A DNA stretch of 64,000 bases from Candidatus Oxydemutatoraceae bacterium (GTDB taxonomy: Bacteria; Pseudomonadota; Gammaproteobacteria; Poriferisulfidales; Oxydemutatoraceae), in assembly GCA_965220085.1 (NCBI GenBank), contig CBDCOZ010000003.1:1344001-1408000 (forward strand). Reading direction: 5' to 3'. The position numbers and the translations under genes are program-made. Of the stretch, positions 1 to 12,600 are shown one piece after another; position 1 is the stretch's first letter, and each line of letters opens with the position of its first letter. A model generated the notes under the pieces. It saw only the letters and a program-made list of their open reading frames with translations, was not told where the DNA came from and did not search any database.

Positions 1-383
1 TCGCGGTCATCCGGTTTTTCCGCCGCCGCAATCCCGTCTCCTAACTTAAATGCGCAATTGCTGCCCTCTAACGAGGCGGGGCATTCTTGCAATGCAAGTT
101 GTTCGGATAGCAGTTCTTCGATTTGTTTTGTAATGCTCCGAATGTTTCCATTCTTCTCAATTTTTGCATCTTCGCGAAGGAATAAGCGCTCAAGCAGCAT
201 CGCATGTCCGCTGATATCCTTCGCATATAAATCAATCTCCCATGCCTTTTCCGATTCGTTATAGACGGGTTCTTTGTGAGACAAGAACTTCCTATGTCTC
301 GGGAAGTTCTCCGTTATCCATTTATTAACAGATGCCCGTAATTTAATCTTCTGCTTGACTTGGTCGGCAGTCGCTATGCTCAC
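1..383 (-). CDS. 5' part of a gene running off the left edge; possibly a DNA methyltransferase with an N-terminal extension
   Basis: Not in the ORF track. Manual translation from GTG at 383 (GAGGGG upstream) is open to the edge: MSIATADQVKQKIKLRASVNKW...CAFKLGDGIAAAEKPDDR. The last residues resemble the 'xxGD...l.D.S.Dl..tDPPY' start of N4/N6 MTases, but the catalytic motif would lie outside the window. Confidence 0.4.
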   Translation of the reverse strand, partial: MSIATADQVKQKIKLRASVNKWITENFPRHRKFLSHKEPVYNESEKAWEIDLYAKDISGHAMLLERLFLREDAKIEKNGNIRSITKQIEELLSEQLALQECPASLEGSNCAFKLGDGIAAAEKPDDR

Positions 384-409
384 CGTATCAACCCCTCGCG
401 GGTAATCCG

Positions 410-665
410 CTTGCCATGCATTTGGCATGCGCCATGCCGGCGACATGCGCTTTGGCGGAATGATGAACGGCGCAATGACGTTTGACCGCGCCGGCGCGCG
501 AAGGGTTTTCATCCGCAAAGAGGGCGGAGCCCTTGCGGACATTTTTATGCATCGTTGTCCGCAGCGTTGTCTTTGTCATGTTTTCTATCGGCATGGCTTT
601 CGCTCCGCCCTTGCCCTCGCGCATTCCTATTATGGCGGTTTTGCCAACGCCGCCCCTCTCCGGCA
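410..665 (-). pseudogene. IS1595-family (ISXO2-like) transposase internal fragment
   Basis: Translation RGGVGKTAIIGMRE...TLRTTMHKNVRKGSALFADE...HCAVHHSAKAHVAGMAH matches the IS1595 pattern GRG..GKTAV.G...TDE...H..V.HS..EYV.G..HTN. No start, end or inverted repeats are present. Confidence 0.75.
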
Positions 666-694
666 GCCTCTCCGCTCGCCGCGAGAGGGAATGC

Positions 695-3600
695 TTACCG
701 GAGGGGGCCTTCGAGGAAGACGCGCAAGCGGATCCGGATTCCGACATCGACATCGGGTCGCTCCGTCGCCATAATGGTAATGGTCAGCATAAACGGAGCG
801 GATACCACCATCTCGCGATTGGGTTCTCTGAACGAAGCCCGCACTATTATGGTACGCGTCTGCTCCGTCTCAAGGTCCGGCGCGTCGTTCGCCAATGTAA
901 TCGCGCCGCTGGCAGGGTCAATCGCGAACAAGCCGCCGGGGTTCGTCACCAAGTTCCACGTCAGCCCTTCCGTCACTTCCGTGCCCGCTTCGTCGGTCAC
1001 CATAAGCCGGATACCCGGCACCGGCGCGCCGGCCCGCGCGCCCTCGGCAATGATACTGCCGGCGCCATCGCTGTCGGTAACCATCAATGTCTCCAGCACA
1101 TTGGTCAGGTTTATCGTCAGAACCAGCGTGGCCGGCTGATAACGGTCGACCACGGCGGTTACGGTGACGCTGTAAACGCGATCTTCGCTTTCGTAATCCG
1201 GCGCGGCTTTCGCCAGCGTAATCTCGCCGCTGGTGGAATTGATTGCAAACAAGCCCTCCGCATCATCGCTCAAACTCCATGTCACGCCGCTGACAATGGC
1301 AGCGGAGGCGGCTTCGTCCCGCGCTTGCAATGTCACGCCCGATATCGCCATGCCCGCCGTCGCCGTCTCCGCCACTGTGTTGGCGGTCGGGTTGATGTCG
1401 GTTATCGCCAGCGTTGTGTTGGCTTGCACCGCGTACGCATAGGCGGCGCGGATCGCTTCGCCGCCGTTGACGACGGCCGCAATATGATATATGTCTCCGT
1501 CGGCCGCGCCGGTCACATCATGCTTTGTCTCTTCCAAACCCGATGCGCCCGGCAAAGCGCCCCCGTTGCGGTAGATCGCATAAGCGACCGACCGACACGG
1601 GCTGCCGGCATCCCAAGGCGACGTATCCGGGGCCCTCCAGTTCAATCCGTGCACGCTCTCGTCATCGGCATCCGTTACCGTCGCGCTCACTCCTTGCGGG
1701 CCTTGGCGCAACTGGCAACCGAACTCTTCCCAACTCGGCGACGTAGCCGGATTGTCGTCAAAATCCGTCTTCAGCGCCGGGTATTGTTCGGCGCTGCCGA
1801 AGTCCCAATAGTCGGCGTTGCCGGCATTCCAATTCGCATAGATGCCGCCATAGCCGGTCGGCGCCCGCAACTCGGCGCTCGTCTGCGCGAGCGGCCCGTT
1901 CGTCTCGGCGTTGCCTTCAATGATGGCGTAGGCATCATCGACCGCGGGCACGGATATGTCGGCAGCCCAATAGACCGCGTCAAACACGGTGGTTTGATTG
2001 CTGTTAAAGCCGGCGATACCGCCGCGCTCGGCGGCATCCGCGGCAATCGGCGCGACCGCGTAGGCGTATGTGAGCGTTGACGCGCCTATCCGGCCGACCA
2101 AACCGCCCGCCCGCGCATCGTCGGTGGCGCCGATGTAACCGGTCGCATAGACATGCTCCGCAACGGCGCCGTCCCCAAGCGAGCCGGCTATGCCCGCGAC
2201 TTCCTGAGCAGCCGATGCGGCGCCGCTCGTGTAACTGCGCCGCAGCGCGCCGCCGCCGGCAATCTGCCCCGCCAACGGCGCGGCGCGGAGCCGCCCGCCG
2301 CTGACCGATACCGCCGAATAGACCTCTTCTATCGTCGTCCCCGCGGCCAAGCCGACCACGCCGCCGGTATCGCTGCTGTTAGCGCCCGCCGTCACCGAAC
2401 CGGTCACGCCGAGATTGGAAATCGTCGTCTCGCCGGTCGCTCCGAACAGCCCCTGCCGGTTAGCATCGCGCTCGATAAACAGGTTATAGATCGCATGGCC
2501 TTTGCCGTTGAAAACGCCGGTGAATCGTGTCGCGGAATTGCCTAACGGCGACCAACCCGCGCCGCCTTCGTCACGGGTCCAACCATTGAGTCCGGCATTG
2601 AGGATGCCATAATCGTTCGGGTCTTCAAAGTCCAAATCGCGCGTCAACTCATAACCTGTGCAACCGCCCACGGCGGGGCAACCCATCCCGTCCAAAGCGC
2701 TCGCAAACGCGTGGGTCGCCGCGTAAGCCGCCGCATCGTCTGCCGCCGCCGAACCGTCGCCGTCGAGATCAAAAGCGACCGCGCCCAGTTGCTCCAGCCG
2801 CGTGATCTCTATCAGGCCATCGTCATCGACATCGTAATCGCGACCCGCGCGCACCGCGCTCCGACCCGCTTCGCCGCCGTCGATGAGCACCGCCACGCGA
2901 TAACTCAGCAGGCCCGAGGCATCGCTGTCGACATAGCGCCTCTCCGCGGTCACGCCCCGGGCGACGCTGCCGCGATACACCCGATACCTCACGCCCGCGG
3001 CCGGGTCCGCATCCGGCGCGCTCCACTCAAGAATGACGACGTTGCCGGTCGTCTGCAACGGCTCCAGTATCGGCGCCGCGCGCAACTGATTGCCGAACTC
3101 CTGCCACGTCACCTCGTTGTCGCCGTTGACATTCGCCTGCAACGCGGGATACTGCGCAGCGCTGCCGAAGTCCCAGTAATCGCTGCCATCGTCATCCCAA
3201 ACCCCGTAGATGCCGCTATAGCCGGTCGGCGCCTGCAAAACGGAGGTCAACCTCCCGCCGAGATCAGACGTGCCGCCCGTACCGCCGGCCAAGGCATTAT
3301 TCAGACCCGAGGTCACGGTATCCCAGTAGCTCGGCGCAAATGTCGCGGCGCTGCCAGGCGCAGCGCCGCCGATACCGCCGCCGTTGGCGGCATCCGCGTC
3401 GATATAGGCGGTGGAATAGCCGTACTTCAGTTGCGCCCGACCGACCGCGCCGAGCAGACCGCCGGTCGCCGTCGTCGCGCCGACAAAGCCGGTCGCGTAC
3501 GCATGCTCCGCCGCCGTCGTAATCGCCGTAGTGGTGGATATGTCGTGCGCCGCGCCGATCAGGCCGCCCGCCTGTCCGTCGGCGCGCACCACGCCGGTGG

Positions 3601-6600
3601 CATAAGCCGCGCGCACCGTGCCGCCGCCGTGATAACCCAGCAAGGAGCCCGCCGCCTGCGCGCCGGTCACGTTGACCGACGACCAAATCTGCTCCAATGT
3701 GCCGCCCGCCAAAGAACCGGCGATGCCGCCGACATTAGCGCCGCTCGCATCGATGTCGCCGATTACGCCGACATTGCGCACCGTGCCGGCGGCGCCGACG
3801 ACGCCGAACAGCCCGCGGTCATCCCCGGCGCCGACAACATTCAAGTCGCTAACCGTTTCGCCGTTGCCATCCAGCGTCGTCGCAAAGGGAGCCTTCGCCG
3901 TGCCAATCGGCGTCCATTCGCCGTCCAGAGCGAGGCTGTTAGCCAGCTCATAGCCGACGCACTCGCTCGGGCAACCCATGCCGGGGACGGCCTCGGGGAA
4001 GGCCGCCCTATATGTCGGCGCGCTTGCCGTCGGCGAGCCGTCGCCGTTCAAATCAAACCGTATCGCATCAAACTGCGCCGCCGTCGCCACTTCTATCAGG
4101 CCGTCATCATCGGCATCGTAATCAATCAAACCCGACTCTGCCGCGCCGCGGCTCGCCTCGCCGCCGTCGATCACCGCCGCCACATAGTAGAAATAGGATA
4201 CGCCGGCGACCGCGGTGTTATCGACATGCGTCAGCGCCGAAGTGCTCGCCAGCGCCGGCAAGGCGCCGTCGCGATACACGTTGTACGCAAGCGCCGGGGG
4301 CGGGTCGCAGTGCGACACCTCCGGCGCCGACCACGTCAGCGTGCGCGCAGAAGCGAGACCCGATACCGTCAGCGCCGGCGCCGCGCGCGCCTGACAACCG
4401 AAATCTTGCCAGTTCGGCGGTGTCGCCGGGTCGCCGTCAAAATCAACCCGCAGCGCGGGATACTGCTCGGCATCGCCGAAGTCCCAGTAATCGGTCGCAT
4501 TGCCGGCGGCATCGGCGGCATCCCAGTCAGCGTAGATGCCGCTGTAATCGGTCGGGAATTGCAACGCGATGCTCGTGTGCGCGCCGACGCCGGCAGCGAG
4601 ATCGGTCGCCTGCGCCGAGGCGTCGCTGTCCCAATACGTCGCCGCAAACACGCCGTTGCCATCGCCGGTGACGCCGCCGCGCATCGCGCCAATCGGCAAC
4701 GCCGTCGAATACGCGTAGCGCGCGGTCGCGCCGCCGGCGAGGCCGATCAAACCGCCCGCGACCGGAGCCGACACCCTGCCGGTCGCATACGCATGCTCCG
4801 CCGTCGCCATAACGCTCGTGCTGTCGCCGATCAGACCGCCGCCCGAGCCCGTCGTCGCCGTCACCGAACCGGCGGCATAACTCGCGCGCACGACGCCGTC
4901 GCCCGCCAAACCGACCAAGCCGCCGACGGCCGTGTCGCCCGCCGCCGCCGCCGTCGCGTAAGAAGCCGACAGCGCGCCGCCGTTCAGACGACCGAGCAAC
5001 CCGCCGACATTGTCGCCGCCCGACGCCGCGCCGGCGGCGGCGAGGCGAGACAACGCGCCGCCGCTCAGGCGACCGACGACAAGACCGACATTGTCGCCGC
5101 CCGCGACCGCGCCGCGCACGGCAAGGTTTGACACCTTGCCGTCGCCGCCGACCACGCCGAACAGACCCTGATCATCGGCGCCGCCGCGATCGATGCGCAG
5201 ATTCGCTATCTCCAAACCGTTGCCGTCAAAGGTCGTCGCGAACTCCGTCGTCGCATCGCCCAGCGGCGGCCAGCCGGCGGCGCCGGCCCACGCCGTGCCC
5301 GTCGTGCCTTTGAAGTCCAGATCGTTCATCAACTCATAACCGACGCAGGTCTGATCCTTGCAACCCATGCCGCGCACCGACGCCGGGAAAGCCGCCCGAT
5401 AGGTCTGCGAACTCGCGGGTGCCGGTTCGCCGTCGCCATCCAAGTCAAAGCGAATCGCGTACAGTTGTTCCGGGCTCTCTATCTCTATCAGACCGTCGTC
5501 ATCGGCATCGTAATCGTTCAGCGCGCCCGACGCCCGGCTGCCGCTGCGCGAAGCCTCGCCGCCGCCGACCGCCGCCGCCACCGCATACGCAAAGTCGTCG
5601 CCGAGCCGCGCAGCCGCGTCGGCGTAGGTCGTCTCGCTCAAACCGGTCGCGATCGCCGCCCGGTTGCGATACACGGTATACGTAACGACCGGCTCCGGCG
5701 ACCAATGCGATGTCGTCACCGCCGTCCACGACAACTCGCGCGCGCCGCTGTCCGCGCCCGTCACCGGCGACAACGCCGGACCTTCGCGCAACTGATAACC
5801 GAACTCCTGCCATGTGGGCGTGCCGTCGTTGTCAAAATCAACCTGTAGCGCCGGGTATTGCTCGGACGTGCCGAAATCCCAATAATCGGTCGCATTGCCG
5901 GAGGCATCGTTCGCGTTCCAATCGGCGTAGATGCCGGCGTAGCCGGTCGGCGATTGCAACATCGCGCGCACACGGGCGCTCGCGCCGGTCGCGCTGCCGG
6001 CCGTCGCCGTCGTCGCCGCCGCCGCGCTGTCCCAGTACGCCGCCATGAACGCGCCGCCGCCGCTGCCGATGAGGCCGCCGACGACAGCGCCCGCCGGCAA
6101 AGCGGTCGCATAGGCGTAGCGCGCCGTCGCGTTGCCGCCGGCGCCGATGAGGCCGCCGGCGCTCGCCGCCGAGACATGGCCGGTCGCATAGACATACTCC
6201 GCCGTCGCCGTAGAACTCGCGCTGCCTCCGAGCAGACCGCCGCCCGCCGCCGTCGCCGACACCGCGCCGCTCGCATAACTCGCGCGCACCGTCGCGCCAT
6301 CGGCCAAGCCCGCCAAACCGCCGACATAATCAGCGCCCGACACCGACGCCCGGGAATACGATTCCCGCAACGAAGCCGAGACCGCCCTGCCGACGATGCC
6401 GCCGACGTTGTCATCGCCCGCCACCGAACCGACCATGCGCACACGCGTGACGGCGGCGCCGCTCTCGGCGCGACCGACGATGCCGCCGACATTGTCGCCG
6501 CCCGATACCGAACCGCTCACGGACACGCGCCGGATCGCGCCGTCGTCGCCGACGACGCCGAACAGACCCTGATCGGCGTCGCTGCTGCGATCGATGCGCA

Positions 6601-9600
6601 GGTTGGCTATCTCAAAACCGTTGCCGTCAAAGGTCGCCGCAAACGCCGCCGTCGCATTCCCAATCGGCGTCCAGCCGGCGCCGCGCGTCCACGCCCCGTT
6701 GTCGGTCGATGTCATGTAGTGCGCGGCGTTGTCAAAGTCCAAACCTTGCGTCAACTCGTAGCCGACGCAACCGCCCACGGCGGGGCAACCCCGCCCCGGC
6801 GGCGCGCCGACAAACGCCGCGGCGTAAGCCGCCTCATCGCCCGCCGCCACGACGCCGTCGCCGTCCGCGTCATATGCCATCGCCGCCAGTTGCTCCAATG
6901 CGCTGATCTCTATCAAACCGTCGTCATCGGCGTCGTAATCCAGCACGCTCGACGTCGCCGCCGCGCGCGCCGCCTCGCCGCCGTCGATCACCGTCGCGAC
7001 CTGATACAGATACGAGCGCACCTCCGGCGCCGTATCGTCATGGCTCGTCCCGCCGATGACCGATGCGATCTCGCTGACCTCGGCATACTCGGTCGCCTGA
7101 TTCGCGCCGGTGCCGGTGGTAATCCGATAGACCGTATAACGCACATCCGCCGACGCGCAACCCGCTATGCCCGCCGTCTCTGCGGCGCTCCAACTCACGG
7201 CGCGCCGTTCGCTCGCGCCGCTCACCGTCAAATCGCTCACGCCCGAGCGCAACTGACAGCCGAACTCTTGCCAAGTCGCCGCATTATCGCCGTCAAAGTC
7301 CGCCTTCAGCGCCGGATAGTCGTCGGCGCCGCCGAAGTCCCAATAGTCGGTCGCGCCGCCGTCGTCCCAGTCGGCATAGATGCCTCCGTAGCCCGTCGGG
7401 GTTTGCAAAGCGCCGCTCGTTTGCGCCATCGCGCCGCTCACGGCGCCGTTGCCGACCGCGGCGGCGCGTCCCGCGAGCGCGGCATCCCAGTACGCCGCCG
7501 CCAGCGTCGGACTGCCCGACGCCCTGCCGATTACGGCCGCCGCCGTCGCTGTCGTCGGGGCGACCAGCGCCGTCGCATAGCCGTACTGCAGACGCCAGCC
7601 GCCTTCGCCGGAGCCAATCAAACCGCCGGCATAGCCGTCCGCCGCCACATAGGCGGTGGCATAGACATGGCTCGCCGACGAAGCCGCGTTCATAAACCCG
7701 ATCAAACCGCCCGCGGATTCGCTCGTAAGATCGCCGGCGCGAGTATCGACCACGCGACCGCTGGCGTAACTGCGCGTCGCCATGCCGCCGTCCAAATAGC
7801 CGACCAAGCCGCCGAGATGCATGCTGCCGCTGACCGCCGCCGACGACCAACTGCGATCGATCAGAGCGCCGTTATCCGCGCGCCCGACCAGACCGCCCGC
7901 CTGTTGTCCGCTGTCGGCCTCGGCGGCGCCGGCGACCGCGCTGCCGCTGGCATAACTGCGCCGCACCGTGGCGGCATCCGCATAGCCGGCCAAGCCGCCC
8001 AGATACATGTCGCCGCTGACCGCCGCCGACGACCAACTGCGATCGATCAGAGCGCCGTTATCAAGCCGCCCGACCAGGCCGCCCATCTGCCGCCCGCCGC
8101 CGGCCTCGGCGGCGGCGACCGTGCCGCCGCTGGCATAGCTGCGCCGCACCGCGCCGCCGTTGACGTAGCCGGCCAAAGAGCCGACGCGCTCATAGCCCGT
8201 GACCGACACCGACGACCAACTGTCTTCCGCCGCGCCCGCCAACTCGCCGACCAAGCCGCCGATAGCCGTCGCCGTCCCGGCCACGGCGACCGAACCGGCG
8301 ACGCCGAGGTTGCGCGCGACGCCCGACGCGCCGATGCGCGAGAACAAACCCTGCGCCGTCTGACTCGCGTCGCGATTGATATAGAGGTTTGATATCGCAT
8401 AGCCGTTGCCGTCAAACACTTTCTCAAAAGAGCCGTCGGACCAGAGCGCGTCCCAGCCGCCGACCGCGCCGGTGTTCTGCCAGCCGGGGTTTATGCTGCC
8501 GCTCGCATAACTCGCGGCATCGGCAAAGTCCAGATCGTTCATCAGCTCAAAACCGAGGCAATTCAGCGCCGGCTCGTCCTCCGTCGGCGGCATACCGGCG
8601 ACCGGCGGACAGCCCAGGCCCGGCACGGTGTTCGGAAACGCCTCTCGAAAAGCGGCGGACGATGGCATATCTATCGCCGCCAGTTGCTCCAGCGTCGTGA
8701 TCTCTATCAGGCCGTCTTTGTCGCTGTCGTAACCGGCAAACGCGCGCTCGGCGGCGGCGCTGCGGGTCGCCTCGCCGCCATTGACCGCCGCCGCTATGTG
8801 ATAGCTGTACTCGCCGCCGGCAGCGCTCGGGTTGATCGGCTCGCGCTCCGTCTTCGTCAGTCCCCGCGCCAACAACAGCCATGCCGTCGTCGCCGTGCTC
8901 TCGTACACATACAGGTTATAGGTCACTGGCACCTCCTCGCTCCAGTGCGAGGTATCGGGCGCGCTCCAACGCAGCTTCCGCGACGGCGTCCCGTCATTTC
9001 TGAGCATCCTGTCATCGCTTTCGACCGTCAACACCGGCGCGTCGCGCAACTGATAACCGAATTCCTGCCAAGTCGCCGCCTCGCCGTTGTCATCAAAGTC
9101 GATCTTCAGCGCCGGGTACTGTGTCGCGGCGCCGAAATCCCAATAGTCGGTACCGTCGTCATCCCAAGTCGCGTAGATGCCGCCGGCATAGCCGGTCGGC
9201 GCTTGCAACTCGGCGCTCGTCAGGCCCTGTATGCCGCTTACCGTCGCGCCGCCCGACACCAAACCGACGCTGTTGTCCTGACTCGTCACGCCGCGGTCCC
9301 AATACGCCGCCGTCGCCGAGTAATTGCTGTTGTCGAGGCGACCGCCGAAACCGCCGCTGGCCGTCGCCGCCGCCGACAGCAACGCCGTCGAATAAGCATA
9401 CTTCAACTGCGCCCGTCCCATATGCCCGATTAAACCGCCGGCGTTGCCGCCGTCGCCCGCAGTGCGCGACGCATCGACAAAGCCAGTCGCATAGACATGC
9501 TCGACAGTACTGTCGGCGGCAGCGGCGGCGCCGAGCAAACCGCCGCTCTCGGCCGCGCCGCTCGCGGAACCGGTCGCATAGCTCGCGCGCACCGTGCCGC

Positions 9601-12600
9601 CGTTGTTCAAGCCCGCCAGCGAACCGACCCATGTGCCGCCGGCAGCCGACACCGCCGAATACGAGCGTTCTATCGCGCCGCCGGCCAATTCTCCGGCGAT
9701 GCCGCCGATGCGATCGTTGTCGGCGCCGCCGCTGACCGAACCGGTCACGCCGACATTGGACACCGCGCCGCCGGCGCCGATGACGCCGAACAAGCCCTGC
9801 CGATCGTTGCCATCCGCGGCGCGCTCGATACGCAGGTTGGCGATCGTATGCCCCTTGCCGTTGAAAGTCCCGACAAAGCGATTCGTGTTATCGCCGATCG
9901 GCGTCCAGCCCTCTTCTTCGTCGCTCGTCCAGGCGAGATTCACCGTGCCCGAGCCATAACTGGCGGGATCGTCAAAATCCAAGTCATTGCTCAACTCGTA
10001 ACCGATGCAATGCGCCCCCCCCGGTTGGGCGGGAGCCGGGCAACCCATGTTCGGCTGCGGGTTGAGAAAGCCCGCCTCGTACGCATCCTGATCGCCCGCC
10101 GCGACGACGCCATTGCCGTCCAAGTCGTAGCGCACCGCGTTCAACTGCTCCAAGGTCGCGATGTCTATCAGGCCGTCGTCATCGGCATCGTAATCGGTCA
10201 CGCCTTGCACCGTGATGCGCGCGCTGCGCGCCGCTTCGCCGCCGCTGATTAATACCGCCACTTGGTATCGCGGCGCGGCGCCCAAATCGGCATCGCTATC
10301 GGTGTGTTCGGTGGCCGTCAGGCTCATCGCATCGGCCAAAGCGACGTTGTCGCGATAGACGCGGTAGCGCAGGTCGGATGCCGACAGCGCGCGGTCGGGG
10401 TCGCTATCCCAGTGCGATATATCCGGCGCGTCCCAACTCAGCTGCGCCGCGCCCATGTCGTCCGTGGTCTCAAACGCGCGCAAGGTCAAACGCACGCGCA
10501 ACTGATAGCCGAACTCCTGCCAACTCGCCTCCTCATCCTCCTCGTCGAACACCACTTTCAGCGCCGGATAGGAACCCGGCGTGAAATCCCAATAGTCGGT
10601 GCCGTCTTCGTTCCAAAGACGATAAATCCCCTCATAGTCCGACGGCGCTTGCAAAGCGGCGGTCGACTGCGCCGTCGCATCGAAGGTGAAAAACCTAGTC
10701 GAGCCAGAACCAAACCGCCGATTCGATGACGTCAGCCCCGACGTGTCGCTATCCCAATATGTCCCCCCACGGACTATCGGATCTGATGTCGCCCCGCCGA
10801 CCAGACCGCCCCTCGTCGGCGCGTCGATCAGCGCGGTCACATAGCCATAGCGCAGCGTACTGCCGCGGATAGCGCCCAGAATTCCGCCCGCAGACCCAGA
10901 CTGACCCGACTTCACGAAACCGGTCGCGTAGACATGCTCCACAGGAGTCCTACTGTGACCGCTTTCGGCTATCATGAAGCCCGCCAGACCGCCGCCGGAC
11001 GAAGCGGTTACGGTTACGTAGCCGCTTGCATAACTCGTCCGCACCGTAGCCCTGTCGATATAGCCGACCAAGGAACCGATATTATTGGCGCCGCTCACCG
11101 CCGCCATCGAATAACTGCGCTCAACCGCAGCACTGCCGCCGGTCAAGTGACCGACCAGACCGCCGATGCTGCCATTGCCGGTCACGCTGCCCGACACGCC
11201 GACGCGGCTGATCGTACCGCTGACAAAACCGAACAAGCCCTGGGCGTTCGTCTCCGGCCGATTGATATGCAAGTTGTATATCGTGCGGCCTTTGCCGTCA
11301 AATTTCGCTATAAATCTCGTCTGGCGAGTGTTGCTATCGCCAATCGGCGTCCAGCCTTCGCCGCTCGTCCAAGCGGCTTGGTTGGCGCTATCGGCGTAGT
11401 CGTTGGCGTCTTCAAAGTCCAGATCGCGGGCCAACTCATAACCGGTGCAAACTGACGGACAACCCATCCTAAACGGCGGGCGCGGGAAGGCCGCGGCATA
11501 CGCCTCCCTATCTTCCGCCGACAACACGACGTCGACGCGGGGGTGATAACGCACGGCGTCCAGTTGCTCCAGAGTGCTGACTTCTATCAAGTTGTCATCG
11601 TCGACATCGTAGTCCAGCAGAGCCGGGCCGAGCGTGGTGCGCAACGCCTCGCCGCCGTCTATCACCGCCGCCACCGCATAGTCATGCTGCGCTGCGCCGC
11701 CGGGCAACACGTCGTTATCGGTATGCGGCGTCAAGGCTGTCTTGTCGTCGCGATCGGCGGCCAACTCGGTCAGAACATCGCCGCGCAGGCGGTAGATGCG
11801 GTAGGTCAGCGTCGGCGGCGGATCCCAGTGCTCCAGATTCGGCGAATTCCATTCCAGCGCGCGACCGTTGATCAGATTGTCCGCCGCGGTCAGCGACAAC
11901 CTGCGACGCAGTTGATAACCGAATTCTTGCCAACTGACTTCGTTGTCGTCGTTAAAATCAACCTGCAACGCCGGGTAGTCGCCGCCGATGCCGAAATCCC
12001 AGTAGTCGCTGCCGTCGTCGTTCCACAGGGCCGTCGATGCCCTCTCGCTGATGCCGCTGACATCGCCGCCGGGGGAGGCGGTCTCAGCCGCCGTCACATG
12101 GGCATCCCACCACACCCCCTGGAAACTGCCCATGCCGTCGCCGCTGACGGCGCCGCCGCCGATCGACAGCGTCCGCGCGTAGGCGTAGCGCACCGTCGCA
12201 ACGCCGCCGCCGCCGATCAAGCCGCCGCCGGCGGCGGATGTCACCCTGCCGCTCGCGTAGACATGCTCGACCGTCGTCGCCGTATTCGCCGCGGCGGCGC
12301 CGCCGACCAGACCGCCGCCCGAGGTCTCGGCATCGACGCTGCCGGTGGCATAACTCGCGCGCACCGCGCCGCCGTCGATATAACCGAGCAGAGAACCGAT
12401 GTGTTCGTCGCCGCTCGCCGCCGCCGTCGAATACGATTGCTCCAGCGTCCCGCCGCGCAACTCGCCGACGATGCCGCCGATGCGATCATCGCCCGTCACC
12501 GCGCCGCTGACGCGAACGCGCCTGATCACCGCCTCGCTGCCGGCCACGCCGAACAGGCCTTGCGCGCTGCTCGCCGGACGGTTGATATGCAGGTTGGCGA

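Noticed and set aside
695-1420. Autotransporter, T1SS/RTX, LPXTG or T9SS C-terminal domain on the giant proteins
   Set aside because: No beta-barrel-length C-terminal domain with a terminal aromatic residue, no GGxGxD nonapeptide runs, no TM helix with a basic tail, and no T9SS CTD pattern.
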